The notes below the pieces were generated by a model that was not told the DNA's origin, did not search any database, and saw only the letters and a program-made list of their open reading frames with translations. Below are positions 1 through 8,478 of a stretch of DNA of 51,280 nt, piece after piece. The DNA is from Rhodospirillaceae bacterium (lineage in GTDB: Bacteria > Pseudomonadota > Gammaproteobacteria > Steroidobacterales > Rariloculaceae), in contig JBBIJV010000002.1 in NCBI GenBank assembly GCA_037445815.1, forward strand, positions 1-51,280. The letters are read 5' to 3'. The position numbers and the translations under genes were made by a program. Positions within the stretch are counted from its first letter, which is position 1; the number at the start of each line of letters is the position of its first letter.

Positions 1-222
1 TCGATTCAGGCTAATTTGGACAGCAGTGGTGTCGGACAGTAGTGTCGCAAGGTCTCATGCGAGACTTCACGGATACGCAGATTCGCACCGGCGCGCCCTG
101 CGACCCAGCTAGTGATTTGCGGGGAGACACGACACCTACCCGCGCGCCGATGCAGAGCAAGACGCGGAGTGCAAGCAGGAGCCCCAACGGAGGCGTACCT
201 CGAGCGTCGGCCGCGAACGACC
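1..222 (-). pseudogene. Possible decayed 5' part of a second DUF692/MNIO gene, running off the window edge
   Basis: ORF 11..226(-) starts MRSFAADARGTPPLGLLL, which parallels the intact DUF692 N-terminus MTANARDTPRLGLGL at 4381. Further on, GAPVRICVSVKSRMRP weakly parallels GKPLRVLADVREHYP. The VDWFEV motif is absent. Confidence 0.25.
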
Positions 223-483
223 TCACGGCAGCATGTACTCACGGTCGGATGCCGCCGTCGGGTGAACGAACTTGGCGTACTTCAGATCTCGAGCCTCCGG
301 AGCCGAGCGCATCGCCAATGCGAAGAGATTCACCACCTCAGCCGCTTCTGGGCCCACGACATGGGCGCCTGGCACGCGATCCGTCTCCTTTTCGACGAGC
401 GTCTTGAAGCCGTAACAGGTTTCATTGACACGAGCCGCCGTACACCGCAAGCATGCCAGGGGGGCAGCGTGCTTCGTAGACGC
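223..483 (-). pseudogene. C-terminal remnant of a pyridine nucleotide-disulfide oxidoreductase (glutathione-reductase/dihydrolipoamide-dehydrogenase-like dimerisation domain)
   Basis: Translation is ...VNETCYGFKTLVEKETDRVPGAHVVGPEAAEVVNLFALAMRSAPEARDLKYAKFVHPTAASDREYMLP. It is homologous (about 80% nt by eye) to 4386..4650. The upstream frame hits a stop at 484..486, directly abutting the MerR-family gene stop. No FAD or NAD domains are present. Confidence 0.6.
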
Positions 484-488
484 TCACT

Positions 489-908
489 TCAACGCGAACG
501 ACCCACTCCTTGAGCCTGCTCACTCAAGCTTTCCAGAATGGGGCATCCCTCGCGCGCGTTTCGGCAGAGATGGATCAACAACGACAACTCGTTACGCAGC
601 GTTATGAGCTCGCAGAGCTGCTTCTCGATCGCATCGAGCTTTCGGCCGGCGAGTGCGCTCACTTCGTCGCGCACGTGCTGCGGATCCTCGCGCAGCTCGA
701 GCAGCTGTCTGATTTCCGCGAGCGTGAAATTCATGCGTTGCGCACGCCGAATGAATTTCAATCGAGAGACATCTCTGTCCGTGTAAACACGCGTGCGTGC
801 CGCGTCTCGCGCAACGGCGGGCAAGAGCCCGCTTCTTTCGTAGTAGCGAAGCGTATCGACGCTCACGGCGAGCGCCTTGGCAACTTCACCTATCCTATAT
901 TCCGCCAC
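489..908 (-). CDS. MerR-family metal-responsive transcriptional regulator (ZntR/CadR/CueR-like)
   Basis: A GTG start at 908 gives (M)AEYRIGEVAKALAVSVDTLRYYERSGLL, an HTH. The dimerisation helix and C-terminal loop HLCRNAREGCPILESL are present. The long Arg-rich N-extension of ORF 489..1211 looks spurious. Overlaps the 3' end of the upstream thioredoxin-like gene. Confidence 0.8.
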   Translation of the reverse strand: MAEYRIGEVAKALAVSVDTLRYYERSGLLPAVARDAARTRVYTDRDVSRLKFIRRAQRMNFTLAEIRQLLELREDPQHVRDEVSALAGRKLDAIEKQLCELITLRNELSLLIHLCRNAREGCPILESLSEQAQGVGRSR

Positions 909-1192
909 GCCGAGAATCCCGACTGCGTCGCCGCCGCGGCGGCGTCCTGCAGCATCGGCAGCAGCCTGCTCGCCGTCGTTTGGCCCGTGACCGCGAGCGT
1001 ACCGCCGATAGCGATCGCGGGTACCCGGAGCACGCCGATCGCAACAGCGCGATCGAGCTCTTCGACAACATCGACGATCCGGAGCTCGAACTTTTCCTCG
1101 CCAAGAGCGGCGACGGTCTCGGCGACGAGCTTCTCCGCGCCCGCGCAGCACGGGCACGCTTCCGTCACGAACACCTCGATCTTCACGCTCAT
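890..1192 (-). CDS. Small thioredoxin-fold protein (glutaredoxin-like, CPCC redox motif)
   Basis: Internal ATG of ORF 890..1438 gives MSVKIEVFVTEACPCCAGAEKLV...VPAIAIGG. This is typical of roughly 100-aa redox-active disulfide proteins. The start overlaps the upstream gene stop at 1189..1192. Confidence 0.7.
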   Translation of the reverse strand: MSVKIEVFVTEACPCCAGAEKLVAETVAALGEEKFELRIVDVVEELDRAVAIGVLRVPAIAIGGTLAVTGQTTASRLLPMLQDAAAAATQSGFSAWRNIG

Positions 1193-1950
1193 CGCTTTCT
1201 GTTCGGCGCAACGTGCCAGCGTAGACTCAAGAGCCCCAGCGTGTCCCTTGGGCCGTTCAGCTTGCGAATGACGCCGCCCTCGAGAACCCATTTGCGGTGG
1301 ATCCACTGGAGGCCGGCCGTCGCTTGATGGATGGTCTCGTTGCCTTGCTCGTAGCGACCGCCGAGCTCCAGGACCACGTCCCATTCCGACGTGAGACCCC
1401 ACTCCGGATACTCGGCCGGCGTCAGCCGATACTGCCACGAGACATCATAGCGCGCCGCATCCGGCCGGCTCGCGAAGCCCGGTTGATGGAGGAAATCGAA
1501 ATCCAATTCGTAGCGCTCGCGGTACAACGTCGCCACGAGTCCCGCCTGCGCAGCGCCGTGGCGGTCGCTGCCGGCTGGCACGATCGCACCGGCCAGCAAT
1601 GCCACGCGCGTCGTGCGGCCAGGACCGTCTTTCTGCATGGCAATGTGCCGATACAAGGCACTCACGTCGCCGAGTTGATCACTGCCTCCGGGCGACAGTC
1701 GATACGGCACCCCGAAAAGAAGCGTCTGTTTGCCGCTGAGCCCGTACGCGACGCTCATGAGCGCGCTGGTCCGATCGGCATCGTCGTTTCGCTCGAGCTG
1801 CTCGCGCACGATGGCGCCGCCGGCTTCGACGGGCAGTGCGACGAAAGAGGTCAGGCCCATCGCGGAGCTCGCACCCGCGGCGCCGAGACCGGCGGCCAGA
1901 GCCGCGAGCTGCGTCGCTGCGCGACGGAGCTCAGGTCGTGTTACGCACAT
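1189..1950 (-). CDS. Putative secreted/outer-membrane beta-barrel-like protein, function unknown
   Basis: Start taken at MCVTRPELRRAATQLAALAAGLGAAGASSAMG, a signal-like N-terminus. Alternating hydrophobic/polar strands rich in Tyr/Trp/Gly follow (YELDFDF, YDVSWQYRL, WDVVLELGGRY). The start is uncertain. Overlaps the HMA gene end by 20 nt. Confidence 0.4.
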   Translation of the reverse strand: MCVTRPELRRAATQLAALAAGLGAAGASSAMGLTSFVALPVEAGGAIVREQLERNDDADRTSALMSVAYGLSGKQTLLFGVPYRLSPGGSDQLGDVSALYRHIAMQKDGPGRTTRVALLAGAIVPAGSDRHGAAQAGLVATLYRERYELDFDFLHQPGFASRPDAARYDVSWQYRLTPAEYPEWGLTSEWDVVLELGGRYEQGNETIHQATAGLQWIHRKWVLEGGVIRKLNGPRDTLGLLSLRWHVAPNRKR

Positions 1951-2224
1951 CGCCGGGCGTGTACCCCGCATCGATAATCGCCTGCCTGATGACCCCAGCA
2001 TCGAGCTCGTGCTCCGGCTCGACCTCAATTCGGGCACGGCCGTGTTTGAGGCTGATCTCCACGCTCGCAACGCCCGGGAGCTCGCCGAGTTTCCGCCGCA
2101 GCCCCTCTGCGCAGAACGCACAGACCATTCCGCGCACGTCGATCTCGAGCACCGTGCCTCGATCAGCCGCAGTTGCGAGCGGAATGCAAACCAGCAACAG
2201 TGTTATGCACAGCAATCGCTTCAC
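1931..2224 (-). CDS. Periplasmic heavy-metal-associated (HMA) domain protein, MerP/CopZ-like
   Basis: GTG at 2224 is preceded by GGGGAGAG. The signal peptide is VKRLLCITLLLVCIPLATAA, followed by the GMVCAFC metal-binding motif in a ferredoxin-like fold. Confidence 0.75.
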   Translation of the reverse strand: MKRLLCITLLLVCIPLATAADRGTVLEIDVRGMVCAFCAEGLRRKLGELPGVASVEISLKHGRARIEVEPEHELDAGVIRQAIIDAGYTPGDVRNTT

Positions 2225-2240
2225 GGTCTCTCCCCTTCGA

Positions 2241-2621
2241 TCACATACCGAGCGCCGTGCGCAGCGGTAATGCGAGATACGCTGCAAAAAAGCCGAGACA
2301 CCAGACCGCCGCCGCGACCCACAGGGTCCGCCTGTTCCAGTGCGTGGCACGCCGGCAGAGCGCCGCTTCGGCGGGATCGGTCGGGCACGAGCGCCCGGCG
2401 CGGTACGCAAGCCAGGCCGCTGCGCTCAGCGTCAAAGCAGACAACGCAAACACGTAGCCTTTGTACGTGCTCAAGACGATCAGCACAGGCGCACTGCTCG
2501 TGAGCGCCGCGACAGCCGCCCCCATCCCGAGCGCGACGAGCGCGATCGGCAGCGCACAACAGAGGAGCGTGCTCACGCTTGCGAACAAGCTGATCCATGT
2601 AGCCGTCCGGTCGACTCGCAT
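2241..2621 (-). CDS. MerT-like three-helix membrane protein with a CC motif (second metal-uptake-type transporter)
   Basis: Starts MRVDRTATWISLFASVSTLLCCALPIALVALG, with vicinal Cys in TM1. A second Cys pair sits in a loop (RSCPTDPAEAALC), followed by a third TM. The topology mirrors MerT. Confidence 0.6.
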   Translation of the reverse strand: MRVDRTATWISLFASVSTLLCCALPIALVALGMGAAVAALTSSAPVLIVLSTYKGYVFALSALTLSAAAWLAYRAGRSCPTDPAEAALCRRATHWNRRTLWVAAAVWCLGFFAAYLALPLRTALGM

Positions 2622-2659
2622 GGCTCGGTGATCCTCTGTACTCGACTCGACACGGCTAG

Positions 2660-2690
2660 AGCCTACAACCTGGAGCCGACTCCAGGTCAA
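2660..2690 (-). promoter_or_regulatory. MerR-type promoter/operator: TTGACC - 19 bp spacer - TAGGCT with dyad CCTGGAG-N4-CTCCAGG
   Basis: The minus strand reads TTGACC TGGAGTCGGCTCCAGGTTG TAGGCT. It lies about 40 nt upstream of the ATG at 2621. A 19-bp spacer carrying a centred dyad is the hallmark of MerR-family activated promoters. The dyad resembles my memory of the E. coli zntA operator. Confidence 0.6.
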
Positions 2691-2775
2691 GCGGTCAAGC
2701 GTTCGTTGTCAGCCGAAGTGTATCCACGTGTTCTCGCGACATGACGGGACCGTCCCGGCGTCATTGCCGCCGAGC

Positions 2776-3558
2776 TCAGGCCCGCTCATCCGACACCGCT
2801 ATTATCCAACCCCCGTTGAGCGCTTGGCTGATCGCCCGCGCGACGACGTCGGCGATCCGGTCCGACGTGATCCACTCCAGCAACGCCTCGCATACGTTTT
2901 CGAGCCGCCGCTCAAGTCCGAGCTCGCGCAACGCCAAAAACGTCTCGTGAGTCACTTCACTGACGCGCGGGCTCTCGCGTACACGCCAGACGACCCATCG
3001 TCGTCGCGCGGTCGAGCACAACTGCGCGAATGGTTCGTCTCGCCGCAAGGAGCGCCAGACGTCGACGGCGTTACTGCTCGTTTCCAAGAGGTGCAGCGCG
3101 GGCGACAACTCGAATTTCAAGCGAGCCCACCGCGCGGCCTCGAGGCCCTCCAATGCATCGGGCGCTACCGGTTCTGTATCGGGCCGGTCGAACACGTCGT
3201 GCACCGCCCACTCGAGCGCTGCGAGATCAGATCGGAAGAGCCCGTCTCGTTCCGCTAGCCAGCCCGCAAGCTGGTTGCCCAGATCACGCAGCGAGGGCGA
3301 GCGTGACGGATGGGCGAGGACGTATTCACCGGCGACAAGAGCGAACGAGCGTTGTCCCAGCACCGTTCGAGTCGCCGGGAAATCATGCGCGAGCGCTTTC
3401 TCGAGTCGCGTGTTGTAAGCGCTTCGATAGACGCGCAAGCGCCGGACCCTTTCAGCCGAATCCCGACCGCGGATTTGTGCGCTCAGGCTCTCTTCCTGCG
3501 CGCCGACGACGAGGTAGCGTTGAAAGCTACGCTGAAGCGACCGTAAGCGCTCGTTCAC
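2776..3558 (-). CDS. DUF2063-family protein (BufC/HvfC-like partner of MNIO enzymes)
   Basis: GTG at 3558 has GGGGAG 10 nt upstream. Translation is (M)NERLRSLQRSFQRYLVVG...RVYRSAYNTRLEKAL, typical of DUF2063. Overlaps the DUF692 gene by 32 nt. Confidence 0.75.
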   Translation of the reverse strand: MNERLRSLQRSFQRYLVVGAQEESLSAQIRGRDSAERVRRLRVYRSAYNTRLEKALAHDFPATRTVLGQRSFALVAGEYVLAHPSRSPSLRDLGNQLAGWLAERDGLFRSDLAALEWAVHDVFDRPDTEPVAPDALEGLEAARWARLKFELSPALHLLETSSNAVDVWRSLRRDEPFAQLCSTARRRWVVWRVRESPRVSEVTHETFLALRELGLERRLENVCEALLEWITSDRIADVVARAISQALNGGWIIAVSDERA

Positions 3559-4381
3559 GATCGATCGACTCCCCGGCTCGCACGCGTCCGATCTCTCGTA
3601 GCAACTCGGCCAAAGCCGGGTAGTGGTCGTCGCGCTCGAGGCATACCGGCACCGGGCCGAAAGCGCGTCTCGCTTCGGCGTAAAGCGCCCACACCGCGTC
3701 ACAGACAGGATGGTCGTGAGTGTCGATCAGCAGCGGAGCGCTGCCGCTATGGCCCGCGAGATGATGCTGGGCGACTCGTCGCGCTGGGAGCGCGCTCAGG
3801 TATTCGCTCGGATCGAAACCGTGATTTACCGCGCTCACGTGCATATTGTTGAGATCGAGCAGGATGAGGCAATCGGCCTGTTCCGCCACGCCGCGGAGGA
3901 AGGCATGTTCGGTCATGGAACCCAAAGCGAGCTCCGCGTAGCTCGATACATTCTCGATAAGGATCTGCCGCCCCAAGGTGTCTTGCACTTCGCGGATACG
4001 CGCGGCGACGTGCTCGACCACGTCTTCGGCGTATGGCAAGGGCAACAGATCATGCAGATGGACGCCGTCATGACGCGTCCAGCAGAGGTGATCCGACACC
4101 GAGACGGGATCGTAGCGATCGACGAGCTGCTTGAGCCGTGCGAGATAGTCACGGTCGAGCGGATCGGTGCCGCCCAGATTCATCGAGACCCCGTGAAAGG
4201 CGATCGGATAGTGCTCGCGTACGTCCGCGAGGACGCGCAGTGGTTTGCCGCCTTCGACCATGAAATTCTCGGTGATCACCTCGAACCAGTCGACCGGGAT
4301 CTCTCCGCGCGCCGCGGCGGCGTAGAACGGCGGGCGGAGCCCCAGCCCCAACCTCGGCGTATCTCGCGCGTTCGCGGTCAT
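3527..4381 (-). CDS. DUF692-family multinuclear non-heme iron oxidase (MNIO; MbnB/BufB-like RiPP maturase)
   Basis: Full-length 284 aa carrying family motifs LGLGLRPP, VDWFEVITENF, HGVSMNLGG, VSDHLCW, ILIENVSSY, LLDLNNMHV, HLAGH. Confidence 0.9.
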   Translation of the reverse strand: MTANARDTPRLGLGLRPPFYAAAARGEIPVDWFEVITENFMVEGGKPLRVLADVREHYPIAFHGVSMNLGGTDPLDRDYLARLKQLVDRYDPVSVSDHLCWTRHDGVHLHDLLPLPYAEDVVEHVAARIREVQDTLGRQILIENVSSYAELALGSMTEHAFLRGVAEQADCLILLDLNNMHVSAVNHGFDPSEYLSALPARRVAQHHLAGHSGSAPLLIDTHDHPVCDAVWALYAEARRAFGPVPVCLERDDHYPALAELLREIGRVRAGESIDRERALTVASA

Positions 4382-4385
4382 TGCT

Positions 4386-5000
4386 TCACGGCAGCATGTA
4401 CTCGAGGTCAGACGCTGCGGTCGGATAAACGAACTTGGCGTACTTGAGATCTCGTGCCTTCAAACCCGAGCGCATCGCGAATGCGAAAAGGTTCACCACC
4501 TCGGCCGCCTCGGGGCCCACCACGTGCGCGCCGAGCACGCGATTCTGTGCCGTTCTCCACGAGGGTCTTGAAGCCGTAGCAAGGCTCATTGACCCGAACC
4601 GCCGTGTACCACTGCGGGACCTTGTCGTGCTTGACCTCGAAGTCCAATCCCGCCGCGCTCGCCTCGGCCTCGAGCATGCCGACCCGCGCGAGCGGAGGCA
4701 GTGTGAACACGGCGCTCGGGATGCCGTGTCGAGATCGCGGTCGAAGCGCGGCAGCGGGCGCGCGCTGCGATGCAGCACCGTGACTTCCGCGCCCGCGCGC
4801 GCCGCGATATCAGCAAACTGTAAGTCGATATAACCCCCGCCGATGACGAGGATGCGGCGCAACAACGCATCGAGCTCGAAGAGGTCATCGCTCAAAGCCA
4901 CGAGTTCCTCGCCCTCGATCGAAAGCGCGACAGGTTTGGCTCCCGCGGCGATGACAACATGGCGCACGTCGAGAACGTGATCACCGACTGGACAAGTGCG
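4386..5000 (-). pseudogene. Decayed pyridine nucleotide-disulfide oxidoreductase: N-terminally truncated, internally deleted and frameshifted
   Basis: One frame gives ...VGDHVLDVRHVVIAAGAKP...ILVIGGGYIDLQFADIAARAGAEVTVLHRSARPLPRFDRDL. A second frame gives FTLPPLARVGMLEAEASAAGLDFEVKHDKVPQWYTAVRVNEPCYGFKTLVE. The reading then returns to the first frame for VLGAHVVGPEAAEVVNLFAFAMR...LEYMLP. The FAD-binding N-terminus with the redox CxxxxC is missing, as is about 90 aa of the central domain. Confidence 0.75.
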
Positions 5001-5291
5001 CTAACCCTTCGCGGGATCGGCCGCCGACCCGGCGAGCGGCACGCCTCCCCGTATGGCGCACTCTTTTTCCGGTACGTTGAGAAACCCTTGCCCCTTGCAT
5101 TCGTTTTGTCCGGTGCACGCGTTGAAAGCGGTCGTGCAAGCGGATTGGCCTTTGCATTCATTGATGCCGAAGCAGGCGATCTCGCCGGCTTCGGCCGCCG
5201 GCGCGAATACGGCAACCGATTTGTGTAACCCATAGAACGCGGCGGCCGCGCCCGCGGCCAGCGCCCCGCCCGCCGCCACGCGCCGGGCCAT
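5001..5291 (-). other. BufA2-like Cys-rich precursor portion; possible independent CDS from internal ATG 5291
   Basis: ATG at 5291 opens a 96-aa product with a Sec-type signal (MARR + Ala/Gly-rich h-region + VFA). It has six Cys in a duplicated NECKGQ motif. No obvious Shine-Dalgarno precedes the ATG (upstream reads agcgagtggtcagcccagcgtcaat). Confidence 0.55.
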
Positions 5292-5711
5292 ATTGACGCT
5301 GGGCTGACCACTCGCTGGGCGCGCGGGCTCAGCCTTCCGGGACGCGGCGAGCCGGCCGTTCACGAAGTCCCACGCGCTGCCGGCGAACAATGCTCCGAGG
5401 CTGACGTACACGAGCCAAGGCAACGGATAAATGCCGGTGACCATCAGCCAAAGCGACACGGACCCCACGATGGCGCCCGAGAGAGCCAGCCAGAACGGTG
5501 CGAGCCGCCCGCGCCGGCGTGCCGAGCGGTACAGCACCCACGCGCTGAACGCAGCGAAGCCGACGAAGAGCGGCACCAAATAGGCATCATGAATGATGAA
5601 GCCGAGCCCGATGGCTCCGAGCCCCGCGAGCACCGCCGGGATGCCGAGACAGCAAGCCGCGGCGATCGCCGCGCCGATCAGGCCCGAAAACTGCTTCAGA
5701 AAATCCTTCAC
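5001..5711 (-). CDS. In-frame fusion of a MerC-like four-helix membrane domain and a bufferin-type (BufA2-like, 6-Cys) precursor domain
   Basis: The GTG start at 5711 overlaps the merD stop (GTGA). The N-terminal part, AACCLGIPAVLAGLGAIGLGF...WDFVNG, resembles MerC. After a 22-aa linker comes MARRVAAGGALAAGAAAAFYGL...VFA, which is signal-peptide or TM like. The C-terminal part is EIACFGINECKGQSACTTAFNACTGQNECKGQGFLNVPEKECAIRGG. No stop codon lies anywhere between the two parts. Confidence 0.7.
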   Translation of the reverse strand: MKDFLKQFSGLIGAAIAAACCLGIPAVLAGLGAIGLGFIIHDAYLVPLFVGFAAFSAWVLYRSARRRGRLAPFWLALSGAIVGSVSLWLMVTGIYPLPWLVYVSLGALFAGSAWDFVNGRLAASRKAEPARPASGQPSVNMARRVAAGGALAAGAAAAFYGLHKSVAVFAPAAEAGEIACFGINECKGQSACTTAFNACTGQNECKGQGFLNVPEKECAIRGGVPLAGSAADPAKG

Positions 5712-6118
5712 TGTTGCACTCCTTGAATATCACGCACTCCGCGGCACCCCTTGGCTTGGTAGCGCTCTGGCGATGCACAAGCTTGATTGAGCTCCCGCAC
5801 GAGCCGATCGAGCACAGCGCGCCGTTCATTCACGCGCGCCAAGACGGTTTCTGGGCTTCGCTGCAACGCGCCACAATCCTCGGCGTCGAGCGTCTCCAAG
5901 AACCTTCTGATGTCTTGCATGGACAATCCCGCGAGCAACGCGCGTCCGATCAAACGCAAGCGGCGCACGGCTTCCTCATCGAAGCGCATGTGCCCTGCGG
6001 GTGTTCGTGCACATGAGGGCACCAAGCGAAACTGCACGTAATTGCGCGCCTGGTTGATCGTCAGATGGGCTTTGCGAGCCGCGTCGCCCAATCGGTAAGT
6101 CGCCCCGGCGTCACCCAT
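5708..6118 (-). CDS. merD: MerD-like MerR-family co-regulator
   Basis: Sits immediately downstream of merA. The HTH is ATYRLGDAARKAHLTINQARNYVQFRLV, followed by MRFDEEAVRRLRLIGRALLAGLSMQDI, which parallels MerD. It has no C-terminal metal-binding Cys loop. The start is ATG 6118, or alternatively 6142. Confidence 0.7.
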   Translation of the reverse strand: MGDAGATYRLGDAARKAHLTINQARNYVQFRLVPSCARTPAGHMRFDEEAVRRLRLIGRALLAGLSMQDIRRFLETLDAEDCGALQRSPETVLARVNERRAVLDRLVRELNQACASPERYQAKGCRGVRDIQGVQQ

Positions 6119-6126
6119 CGCACGCC

Positions 6127-7782
<1,656 letters not shown>

Positions 7783-7788
7783 TCACGA

Positions 7789-8154
7789 TTAGAGCAATCG
7801 CGGCGCGAGCACGTTGACGGCGACCGCCGACAAAGCGAGCGCCGTGGCGATCCACAGCGCCACTTTCAGCACCATGTCCGACATCGGACTCGCGCAATAG
7901 CTGCCCTCTTCGCAGGCAACCTTCGGCTTGCGGTAAACGCGCCAGAAGCCGGCCGCGAGAAAACCAAACGTCGCCACGAGAAACACTGGTTGATAGGGTG
8001 CGAGCGCCGTCAAGTTTCCTATCCACGCGCCGCTGACGCCGAGGCTCAGCAGCAACAGCGGTCCGATGCAACACGATGAGGCGAGCACCGCACCGACGAC
8101 TCCGCCGGCTGCGAGTAGTCCGCGCTTCCCGGCTTCCTTGGCGATGGTGTCCAT
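7789..8154 (-). CDS. merT: Mercuric ion transport protein MerT
   Basis: ATG at 8154 follows AGGAGG. Translation is ...LLAAGGVVGAVLASSCCIGPLLLLSLGVSGAWIGNLTALAPYQPVF...ACEEGSYC. Strong similarity to Tn501/Tn21 MerT, including both Cys pairs. Confidence 0.9.
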   Translation of the reverse strand: MDTIAKEAGKRGLLAAGGVVGAVLASSCCIGPLLLLSLGVSGAWIGNLTALAPYQPVFLVATFGFLAAGFWRVYRKPKVACEEGSYCASPMSDMVLKVALWIATALALSAVAVNVLAPRLL

Positions 8155-8178
8155 CCGTCTTTCACCTCCTTGCAAACG

Positions 8179-8209
8179 AGGCTACAACCTATAGTGACTA
8201 TAGATGCAA
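8179..8209 (-). promoter_or_regulatory. MerR-type promoter/operator upstream of merT: TTGCAT - 19 bp spacer - TAGCCT with perfect dyad CTATAGT-N1-ACTATAG
   Basis: The minus strand reads TTGCAT CTATAGTCACTATAGGTTG TAGCCT, then about 10 nt, then AGGAGG and ATG(8154). It has the same geometry and the same GGTTGTAGsCT 3' flank as the promoter at 2660..2690. Confidence 0.65.
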
Positions 8210-8239
8210 GCGCTGCCGTCGATCTCCAATGAGACCGGT

Positions 8240-8467
8240 TCAGCGCGTCGAATCGAAGTGCCGAAAGGCGCGCAGCGCCGCGATCACGGCTACGGCGAAA
8301 AGCAGCGTCGACAAAACGAGCGCGAGCGTGAAATGCTCGTTCAGCAGTGCGCCGGACGCGGTGCCGGCAAGCAGCAGCGCGAGAACCGGCAGATGACAGG
8401 GGCAGCTGACGATCGCGACGAGCGCGAGAAGATAGGCGCTCGCGTGCGAACCGCGTTGAGCGCTCAA
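8240..8467 (-). CDS. merE: Mercury transporter MerE
   Basis: Starts at TTG. The sequence YLLALVAIVSCPCHLPVLALLLAGTASGALLNEH closely matches the MerE signature LTCPCHLPILAAVLAGT. Confidence 0.8.
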   Translation of the reverse strand: MSAQRGSHASAYLLALVAIVSCPCHLPVLALLLAGTASGALLNEHFTLALVLSTLLFAVAVIAALRAFRHFDSTR

Positions 8468-8478
8468 AAAGCGCCCCG

